Part shown: piece after piece, positions 19,246-27,209 of the stretch
Layout of the letters: every line of letters starts with the position of its first letter
Numbering within the stretch: position 1 is the stretch's first letter
From: a bacterium
GTDB lineage: Bacteria > Hinthialibacterota > Hinthialibacteria > Hinthialibacterales > Hinthialibacteraceae
Length of the DNA: 64,000 bases
Direction: 5' to 3'
Assembly: GCA_963662285.2 (NCBI GenBank)
Contig: CAXXMV010000008.1
Location: forward strand, 64,001 to 128,000
The notes under the pieces: generated by a model
The model's database searches: none
Told to the model about the DNA's origin: nothing
Seen by the model: the letters and a program-made list of their open reading frames with translations, nothing else
Made by a program: the position numbers and the translations under genes

Positions 19246-20409
19246 ATGAATCACATCGTCATTCTCGGAGGTGGATTTGCCGGAATCGAAGCCGCCATTC
19301 AATTAAGAAAAAAGAGTCAAAATGTAACGTTGATTTCAAATCGGGAATTTCTCTTCATTTATCCTCTTTCGATCTGGATTCCCGTGAAGCTTCAAAAATA
19401 TGAAAAAACCTGTCTATCTTTGCGTGATGTAGCGGCTAAATACCAGTTTAACTTTGTCATCGGGGACGTACAGAGTATCGACGCGAAAAATTCCAAGGTG
19501 ATGCTGAGAGATTCGGACTTATCATACGACTACTTAGTCATTGCTCTTGGGGGGAAAAAATACCCTATAAACGGCATCGAACACACCCATTCCATAGCCG
19601 ACGAACCTGAAAAAAGTCTCATTCTGCAACAAGGCATTGACCGATTGATTCAACAAGGACATGGACGAATAGCAGTCGGTTTCGGTGGAAATCCACATGA
19701 TTCGTCCGCTGTTCGCGGAGGTCCCGCTTTTGAATTGATATTCAATATTCATCGCTACTTAAAAAAGCGTAATCTACTCGATAAATTCGAGTTAACTTTC
19801 TTTGCTCCCATGCAGAATCCAGGTATTCGTTTGGGTGAAAAGGCATCGATAGAAGTCTTTCGTATGTTAAACCGCTTGAATATTACTTGCCACTTTGGGA
19901 ATAAGATCCATTCGTTCTCTGAAAAAACCATTCAATTCGACAATGGAAAGATATTGGAATTCGATCTCATCACCTTTATATCAGCACGCAACGGTCACCC
20001 GGTATTACAAAACTCGGATATACCGTTATCGGCTGCGGGATTTATAAAAATTGACGACCATTGCCAAGTTATTGGTTTTCCCCGCGTCTATGCAATCGGT
20101 GACACCGCCGATTTGCAGGGGCCGGATTGGAAAGCCAAGCAAGGTCACCTTGCCGAAGCCATGGCGAAAACAGCCGCCCATAATATTGTTGGTCAGATCA
20201 ATAACAACCCTAGAACGAAACAATATTTAGATGATATATCCATTATCTGTCTGATGGATATGGGAAATAGTGGGGCGCTGGTATATCGAAACCATCACCG
20301 CCAATGGCTGATTCCCCTGCCCATTATTGGCCACTGGTTTAAGCGTTTGTGGGGAAAATATTACGTTTACTCGAAATTAGGACGCATTCCCAGAATTCCA
20401 GGTTTATAA
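19246..20409 (+). CDS. sqr: sulfide:quinone oxidoreductase, type VI (SqrF)-like flavoprotein
   Basis: GGGFAG FAD motif, YP..IWIP, GFGGNP.DSSAVRGGPAFE, AIGD, GPDWKAKQGH, ICLMDMG and a C-terminal amphipathic helix. Confidence 0.8.
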   Translation: MNHIVILGGGFAGIEAAIQLRKKSQNVTLISNREFLFIYPLSIWIPVKLQKYEKTCLSLRDVAAKYQFNFVIGDVQSIDAKNSKVMLRDSDLSYDYLVIALGGKKYPINGIEHTHSIADEPEKSLILQQGIDRLIQQGHGRIAVGFGGNPHDSSAVRGGPAFELIFNIHRYLKKRNLLDKFELTFFAPMQNPGIRLGEKASIEVFRMLNRLNITCHFGNKIHSFSEKTIQFDNGKILEFDLITFISARNGHPVLQNSDIPLSAAGFIKIDDHCQVIGFPRVYAIGDTADLQGPDWKAKQGHLAEAMAKTAAHNIVGQINNNPRTKQYLDDISIICLMDMGNSGALVYRNHHRQWLIPLPIIGHWFKRLWGKYYVYSKLGRIPRIPGL

Positions 20410-20745
20410 CAAGATAAACGTATTCATGCTAAAATTAAATACTGACCGATTGGAATCCAACCCAAGTATCTCTAAAACAAAAGGCATTCCCCCGCAAAAT
20501 TCCATACTCAAAGTAAAAGGAGATGCGACTGTTGAGATTGTGGTGGAGAACTGGAAGGATTTGGTTGAGTAATAACGATACAGTTATATTCAAAAATCCA
20601 CTTCTCCTGATTCAGATCATCCGGGTTTTGTGAATTATCTAATATTTATTTTCAAAACCCTTTTTTTTATTTTAAATATCCCTCCACCCATTCACGTATC
20701 ATAATCATATATTAAATTTTTACCTAAAAAGGAGATGGAGAGAAA

Positions 20746-21429
20746 ATGTATAAATCAATAATTATTGGATGTTTAGCATTAGTAGTTGTTGCGACAGGCG
20801 CATTTGCCGGAGATTTATTGCTTCGCGGCGAGGTCGATATTCCCAATCAAGTGCAGATTGAATTCAGCATTCCTCTGGACGTGCTTGACGCAATCAAAAC
20901 CTCCGGCTTGAGCGCTATGGTAGATGATAAGGGCAAACTCAACCAACTGGTTGATTCCTTAATCGGAGACCTCGCCTCAATGAAAGGCCACAACCTTCTA
21001 GAAATCAACATGGATGGACATGGCATTGCGATTGCAGTGGATGAAGTGGATAAGGATAATCCCGAAGAAGCCAATTTCATCCAATTGAACATTGATCCAA
21101 CAGGAGATAACGAGCCGGAAATCAACCTTTGCATCCCTAAAGGAATCCTCTTCCTGGGCGCATTCATCGGCAACCAATTCGTCGAGAAGCATGGTGAAGA
21201 ATTCATGGACATGATCAAGCAGCAGATGATGATGAATTGCAAACCTCCCGCCGCTCCACAAGGCGGCATGGGTGAATGCAAAGATAAAAAATGCCCCAAA
21301 GATAATGACGATGGCGATGATGACGAAGATGACGATGATGATGAAATTCAGGAAAAGATTAAGAAAGATGTAAATCCCGAAAAAATCATCAAAGAAATCC
21401 TGCGCGAAGTCTTAAAAGAACTCAATTAA
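20746..21429 (+). CDS. secreted hypothetical protein with Asp-rich tract
   Basis: SD AGGAG/GGAG, signal peptide ending AFA, and DNDDGDDDEDDDDDE. Confidence 0.75.
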   Translation: MYKSIIIGCLALVVVATGAFAGDLLLRGEVDIPNQVQIEFSIPLDVLDAIKTSGLSAMVDDKGKLNQLVDSLIGDLASMKGHNLLEINMDGHGIAIAVDEVDKDNPEEANFIQLNIDPTGDNEPEINLCIPKGILFLGAFIGNQFVEKHGEEFMDMIKQQMMMNCKPPAAPQGGMGECKDKKCPKDNDDGDDDEDDDDDEIQEKIKKDVNPEKIIKEILREVLKELN

Positions 21430-21457
21430 GTCAAACACAATTGTATAACTGATTACT

Positions 21458-21505
21458 AATGAAGGATGAACCGGGTAACGCCTGGTTCATCCTTCATTTT
21501 GTTTT
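21458..21505 (+). terminator. intrinsic terminator between convergent genes
   Basis: Stem aatgaaggatgaaccggg / cctggttcatccttcatt followed by a T-rich tail. Confidence 0.8.
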
Positions 21506-21518
21506 GAAGAGACAATTA

Positions 21519-22058
21519 TTACGTTGTTCTGGATTGAATGAATCTTGAGCAGAAATACTTATACGATTGGTTCTTGCTGACGGCAATATCATCTTTGAAG
21601 CATTTTAATAGTTCCAACTTGAAATCTATAAGGGAATCATATTTTTTGGGCTTAATTTCCTTAAAAGTATCTTTGAAAATGTTATCTGTATTGTCAAAAA
21701 AAGGAATTTTATTTCTCTTTGAATCAGCTTGATTAATCCCCGCTAAATACCAACTCTCGATCTCTTTACAGACCACTATGATTCGATCAGACGTCAAATA
21801 ATCTTTCTTATTGATAATTTTATCTTTTTTACTGGTGATGCATGGTTCATAATCTAAATCAGCCAGGAAAAGATAATCAGCCTTCATTTTTTTTATAATT
21901 CTTATAAAAAATTCCTTTATCTTATCCTTTTTCATTTTACTATATTTTATGATAGAGATCGACTGATATCTCGATTCTAATTTATTTTTGATTATTCGAT
22001 CAACAAACCGCTCATCATCATCGCCTTCCACCCAGATAAAGAGTCGTTTTGAACTCAT
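21519..22058 (-). CDS. TOPRIM-fold protein (DUF4276/DUF4435-like)
   Basis: Starts MSSKRLFIWVEGDDDE 1 nt after the ATPase stop. Has D.D (LADLD) and EIESWYLA. AT-rich. Confidence 0.7.
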   Translation of the reverse strand: MSSKRLFIWVEGDDDERFVDRIIKNKLESRYQSISIIKYSKMKKDKIKEFFIRIIKKMKADYLFLADLDYEPCITSKKDKIINKKDYLTSDRIIVVCKEIESWYLAGINQADSKRNKIPFFDNTDNIFKDTFKEIKPKKYDSLIDFKLELLKCFKDDIAVSKNQSYKYFCSRFIQSRTT

Positions 22059-22059
22059 T

Positions 22060-23268
22060 CTACACCCCCCATAAATCATCAGTATGGATTTCTCCCAATC
22101 CGATATCATTTTCCAGGAAATGATGCAGGTCTTCAATTTCCGACGGACAAGTTACATTGCTATAACCATCCTTCCCCCTTGATACCAATAACAGATCATT
22201 GATATCGGCATATTTAACCAATTCAGGATTATGGGTTGTAATCAAAATCTGTTTGTTTTCAGATGCATCTTTCATAAAACTCATCAGTTTTGACATGAGT
22301 TTGGGATGCATATTCCGTTCAGGTTCTTCAATTACGGTAAAACCATTTTTGCTGAAATACAGCGCAACTATCAAAGCCGCTATATTTATTGTTCCATCAG
22401 AAACCAATGAAGCAGGCATAAATTCTTTCTTAAAATAGTTTTCCTTTAATGTAAACAACAGAGATTGGTCAGCAAATTTCTCAACCCCCACATCTTCAAC
22501 AAATGGTAAGATATCATTGATGAGATTAGAAAATTTACGTTTTTTCTCCTTATCTCCAAACAAATGTTTCATGACTAAAGCAATATTACTTCCATCTTCC
22601 TCTAAATCTATTTTCCCTGATATCGGCGCTGCCTTCTTAGGTAACTTTGGATCAATGTCATAAAATGAGATATTATTCAGAAAATCTACTGAACCCAATA
22701 TAAAAAGAGTAACTCTTAAGAAAGTATCAGGTGAATATATACTATTTAAAATATTGAAAGGTGGATAATCAGCAATTGGAATATCATTATCATTTGAATC
22801 TTTTATATCTGAATTTATTTTAATTTTTTTTGAATCAGGAATCAATTCAATATACCCTCTACCAAGGATATTTTTATCATTAGACCAACGTTCACAATTC
22901 AACTTAATAAATTCTTGTTGTATAAAACAGCCTTTTTTTGTGAATTTAATTGAAAGATTATACTCGCAACTTTTAATATGAATCCAAATATTTTTTACTT
23001 TTATGTTCTTTTCAAAAATATACTCAAAAGAAATATCCAAATTTTCACTTGCGCCGATATTTATACTTCTTAAATACTCCACCCCACCTTGCATAGAGAC
23101 AGCGTTTTCCAATCCATGATTTGTTAAATCACGCAGGAATTTAAATATCTGAATAAAATTTGTCTTACCAGAAGCATTAGCCCCTACCAGCATGTTAAAT
23201 TTATTGAGACGGATATCTATATCCTTAAAACTTTTGAAATTGGATGCTTTAATTCTGGTAACAACCAT
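22060..23268 (-). CDS. ABC-type AAA_21/AAA_15 ATPase
   Basis: NFKSF, Walker A GANASGKT, signature SDGT, Walker B/D-loop IEEPERNMHP and H-loop TTHN. AT-rich. Confidence 0.88.
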   Translation of the reverse strand: MVVTRIKASNFKSFKDIDIRLNKFNMLVGANASGKTNFIQIFKFLRDLTNHGLENAVSMQGGVEYLRSINIGASENLDISFEYIFEKNIKVKNIWIHIKSCEYNLSIKFTKKGCFIQQEFIKLNCERWSNDKNILGRGYIELIPDSKKIKINSDIKDSNDNDIPIADYPPFNILNSIYSPDTFLRVTLFILGSVDFLNNISFYDIDPKLPKKAAPISGKIDLEEDGSNIALVMKHLFGDKEKKRKFSNLINDILPFVEDVGVEKFADQSLLFTLKENYFKKEFMPASLVSDGTINIAALIVALYFSKNGFTVIEEPERNMHPKLMSKLMSFMKDASENKQILITTHNPELVKYADINDLLLVSRGKDGYSNVTCPSEIEDLHHFLENDIGLGEIHTDDLWGV

Positions 23269-23393
23269 GATATTTCCCCATAGTATTTATTATTGAACCA
23301 TTCTAAGTCATACATTATTTTAAGTCTACAGAAGGCGCCCACCCACCGTGCATTGGCTTGGTTGATTATGTATAATAGAGTGGGAGAAAAATT

Positions 23394-24950
23394 ATGACGC
23401 TAACTAAACATACCAAAAAAAACTTACTGAACCGGCGTGATGCGCTGAAGATGGGACTCGGCGCATCGGCTTTGACGGCGCTGCCGCTGCAATCAATCGC
23501 CAAGAGCGACCAGCAGGGCGGACGTCCTAATATCCTCTTTCTAATGGCTGATCAATTCCGCGGCGACTGCCTGGGGGCTGATGGTCATCCGGTTATCAAG
23601 ACTCCCAACCTGGACCGCATCGCCGCTCAGGGAGTGCGATTCCGCTGCGCTTATTCTTCTACGCCTTCCTGCACTCCAGCGCGGGCGGCGCTTTTGACCG
23701 GATTATCACCCTGGAACCATGGCATGTTGGGATATTCCAAAGTGGCTGAAGAGTATCCCTTCGAGAAGCCGCGCGTAATGGCTCAAGCCGGGTATCACAC
23801 CATGTGCATCGGAAAGAATCATTATCATCCCCAGCGCAATTATCATGGATACCAATCGGCTTTGCTGGATGAATCAGGCCGGGAGCAATCCGTCGATTTC
23901 CGCAGCGATTACCATTCATGGTTCTATTCAATGGCGCCCAATATGAATCCCGACGCTACCGGCATCGGTTGGAACGATTACCGCGCCAAACCTTACGCGC
24001 TGCCGGAGAATTTGCATCCCACCCATTGGACGGGTTCATGCGCCGTGCGCTTTCTTAATAACTATAATCAACCCAAGCCATTTATGCTCAAGGTATCTTT
24101 CGCCCGTCCCCACAGCCCCTACGATCCACCTGAGCGCTTTAATAAACTATACGAGAACGCCGATATCCCCGAAGCCCATGTCGGCAAGTGGGCGGAGCGT
24201 TACGCGGAACCGAGCGGCGACAATTTCACCATCTGGCATGGCGACAAAGGTAAAGAACAAGTACGCCGTTCGCGTCAAGCTTATTATGGTTCGATTTCGT
24301 TTATCGATGAGTGGATCGGTCATATCATGGGAGCATTGGAAGAGAATGGTTTCCTGGAAAACACCTTGGTCATCTTTCTGGCTGATCACGGCGATATGAC
24401 CGGCGATCATAATATGTGGAGAAAAACCTACGCCTACGAGCCATCCGCCCGCATTCCCATGCTGCTGCGCTGGCCCTCAAGCCTTCTCTCCGCTAAACGG
24501 GGACAGGTGCTGAGCCAGCCGGTTGAGTTGCGCGATGTTCTGCCGACATTCCTGGACGCCGCATCAATTCCCGCGCCGGATCATTTGGATGGCAAAAGCC
24601 TGCTGCAACTGGTGCGCGGCGAAACCAGCGATTGGCGTAAATACATAGATTTAGAACATGACCTCTGTTACAGTAAAACCAATCACTGGACGGGGCTGAC
24701 AGATGGACATCACAAATACATCTTTCACGCCTTCGATGGAGAGGAACAACTGTTTGATCTGGATAATGATCCACATGAACTCAATGATCTTTCTTCCGAT
24801 GCAGGCTCTCAAACCACGTTGCTTAAGTGGAGAAAACGGATGATCGATCATTTAGCAGTAAGAGGCGATAAATGGGTGAAAAACGGCAAGTTAGCACTAC
24901 GCCCCGATCGTATGCTGCATTCGCCGAATTATCCCCAAACAAAATCATAA
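23394..24950 (+). CDS. Tat-exported arylsulfatase
   Basis: NRRDAL, PNILFLMADQ, CTPARA, GKNH, PHSPYD and DHGD motifs. Confidence 0.93.
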   Translation: MTLTKHTKKNLLNRRDALKMGLGASALTALPLQSIAKSDQQGGRPNILFLMADQFRGDCLGADGHPVIKTPNLDRIAAQGVRFRCAYSSTPSCTPARAALLTGLSPWNHGMLGYSKVAEEYPFEKPRVMAQAGYHTMCIGKNHYHPQRNYHGYQSALLDESGREQSVDFRSDYHSWFYSMAPNMNPDATGIGWNDYRAKPYALPENLHPTHWTGSCAVRFLNNYNQPKPFMLKVSFARPHSPYDPPERFNKLYENADIPEAHVGKWAERYAEPSGDNFTIWHGDKGKEQVRRSRQAYYGSISFIDEWIGHIMGALEENGFLENTLVIFLADHGDMTGDHNMWRKTYAYEPSARIPMLLRWPSSLLSAKRGQVLSQPVELRDVLPTFLDAASIPAPDHLDGKSLLQLVRGETSDWRKYIDLEHDLCYSKTNHWTGLTDGHHKYIFHAFDGEEQLFDLDNDPHELNDLSSDAGSQTTLLKWRKRMIDHLAVRGDKWVKNGKLALRPDRMLHSPNYPQTKS

Positions 24951-24961
24951 GGATGACTGCG

Positions 24962-26842
24962 ATGAATAATCTACTGACCCGACGAAATTTCCTGGCGACC
25001 ACCACCGCCGTTTCAGCCAGCGCCTTGTTGTATCAACCCGCATCTGCGGCGCAGGATCGTCCCAACATTCTCTGGATCACCAGCGAAGACAACGGTCCCC
25101 AACTGGGCTGCTACGGCGACTTGTATGCTGACACGCCAAACATCGATAAGATCGCCGCCCAGGGGGTGAGATATCTCAACGCATGGTCCACCGCGCCAGT
25201 CTGCGCTCCAGCCAGAACCACCATTATCTCTGGAGTCTATCCGCCATGCACCGGATCAGAACACATGCGCAGCCTGACCAAACTGCCCGGTAACATGAAA
25301 ATGTTCCCGGTCTACCTGCGCCAGGCCGGTTACTACTGCACCAACAGATCAAAAGAAGATTACAACCTTGAAAAAACAGGTCAGGTGTGGGACGATTCCA
25401 GCAAGACCGCGCATTGGCGCAACCGTAAACCGGATCAACCGTTCTTCTCGGTTATAAATTTCACAACCACCCATGAAAGCCAGGTTCGCAAACGTCCTCA
25501 TACGCCCATACATGATCCAGCCAAAGTTCGCGTTCCCGCTTATCATCCGGACATACCAGAGGTACGACGCGATTGGGCGCAGTATTACGATAAGATCACC
25601 GAAATGGACGCTCAGGTCGGTCAGGTCATGCAGCAATTGGAAGAAGACGGTCTGACTGAGAATACTATCGTGTTTTACTATGGCGACCACGGCGCCGGGA
25701 TGCCGCGCAGCAAACGCTGGCCATATAATTCAGGGCTGCATGTTCCGATCATTGTTTCAATCCCCGAAAAGTTCAAACATCTCGCCAGCCCGGACTACAC
25801 AAAAGCAGGGCAAAGCGACCGCATCATCGGATTCATTGATCTGGCGCCAACCGTGCTGAGCATTGCGGGCATTAAACCTCCCGCTTACATGCAGGGTCAC
25901 GCATTCCAGGGCGAGTTTTGCGATGCAGCGCAACCATTCGGATATGGCTTCCGTGGACGCATGGATGAACGCTACGACATGGTTCGCACGGTGCGCGACA
26001 AACGATATATCTATATTCGCAATTACATGCCGCATAAAATTTACGGTCAGTATATTAACTATATGTTCCAGACGCCTACTACCTCCAAGTGGAAGGAACT
26101 GTACGACAAAGGCGAATTGAAACCGCCGCAAACCTACTTCTGGGAAACCAAGCCGCCTGAAGAAATTTATGACCTGGAGAAAGATCCTGATGAAGTCAAC
26201 AATCTGATCGATTCACCTGAGCATCAGGATATTATTCAAAAACTGCGCACTGCACAGCGGAAAAAAGCCTTTGATATCCGCGACGTAGGCTTCTTGCCAG
26301 AAAACGAAGTCCACTCACGCTCCAAAGGTTCAACGCCTTATGAAATGGGACACGATTCCTCCAAGTATCCCATGGAAAATATATTCGCAATGGCTGATGC
26401 CGCCTCTAACCTGAAAGAGCAGAACATCGACAAATGTCTATTAGGATTAAAAAATGAAGACAGTGCAGTACGTTATTGGGGAGCGATGGGCATTCTGATG
26501 CGTGAAGAAGCTGCGGTTAAAAATGCCGCCAATGTTCTCCGTAAATCCCTGAGTGATGAAGCGCCCGCCGTGCGCATAATCGCAGCGCAGGCCTTAGGAC
26601 AATACGGCGGCGATAAAGACGCTCAAAAAGCTTTACAAGTTCTGCTTGAACTGGCGCCGATTGATAAGAATGGCGTATGTTTATCGATGATGTCGCTGAA
26701 CGCTATTGATGCTATGGGAGACCGGGCTGAAAGCGCCAAAGATATCATCGCTGCATTTCCCGGACAAGCGCCTTCAACCGTTGGACGCATGAGAGGATAC
26801 GTGCCAAACCTGCTCAAAAAAATCAATGCGGATTTACAGTAG
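24962..26842 (+). CDS. Tat-exported sulfatase with C-terminal HEAT-like repeats
   Basis: TRRNFL, PNILWITSED, CAPART and GDHG. HEAT-like DSAVRYWG and DEAPAVRIIAAQALG. Confidence 0.92.
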   Translation: MNNLLTRRNFLATTTAVSASALLYQPASAAQDRPNILWITSEDNGPQLGCYGDLYADTPNIDKIAAQGVRYLNAWSTAPVCAPARTTIISGVYPPCTGSEHMRSLTKLPGNMKMFPVYLRQAGYYCTNRSKEDYNLEKTGQVWDDSSKTAHWRNRKPDQPFFSVINFTTTHESQVRKRPHTPIHDPAKVRVPAYHPDIPEVRRDWAQYYDKITEMDAQVGQVMQQLEEDGLTENTIVFYYGDHGAGMPRSKRWPYNSGLHVPIIVSIPEKFKHLASPDYTKAGQSDRIIGFIDLAPTVLSIAGIKPPAYMQGHAFQGEFCDAAQPFGYGFRGRMDERYDMVRTVRDKRYIYIRNYMPHKIYGQYINYMFQTPTTSKWKELYDKGELKPPQTYFWETKPPEEIYDLEKDPDEVNNLIDSPEHQDIIQKLRTAQRKKAFDIRDVGFLPENEVHSRSKGSTPYEMGHDSSKYPMENIFAMADAASNLKEQNIDKCLLGLKNEDSAVRYWGAMGILMREEAAVKNAANVLRKSLSDEAPAVRIIAAQALGQYGGDKDAQKALQVLLELAPIDKNGVCLSMMSLNAIDAMGDRAESAKDIIAAFPGQAPSTVGRMRGYVPNLLKKINADLQ

Positions 26843-26966
26843 TAGGATGTGCGTTATCACATTATTTTTATATCATTAACCGAATTCCTTATTCTAAATA
26901 AACGTCAGTTAGATTATGATTATAACGCCAATTGATAATTCTAAAGTCATAGGTAACAAACTGTGA

Positions 26967-27103
26967 ATTCTCACCCAGGCTTGGGGTAGAGGGATTTGGA
27001 TAGATAACAAGGAGTGTCTTTGGTGGGTCGGTGAGGCGCGACCCACCCTACGCTTGGGTGGTCATTCCTCTTCCAAGATTGGGAGAGGTCAGGGAGAGGG
27101 TTG
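26967..27103. repeat. mosaic of REP-like palindromes (family B pieces flanking a family A copy at 27022-27051)
   Basis: ggtgggtcggtgaggcgcgacccaccctac flanked by cccaggcttgggg and cctcttccaagattgggagagg hairpins. Confidence 0.75.
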
Positions 27104-27209
27104 ATATCGGTAATCTTCGTATAAGAATGACCAATAATAGTAAATTCATCTACTGAGTAAGATATTTTATTGGATTAGGGGTGAGTGTTTTTATTGATTA
27201 TCGCCCTCT

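Noticed and set aside
20426-20572. 48-aa ORF MLKLNTDRLE...VENWKDLVE after sqr
   Set aside because: No SD or recognisable motif. It may be a gene remnant but cannot be supported.
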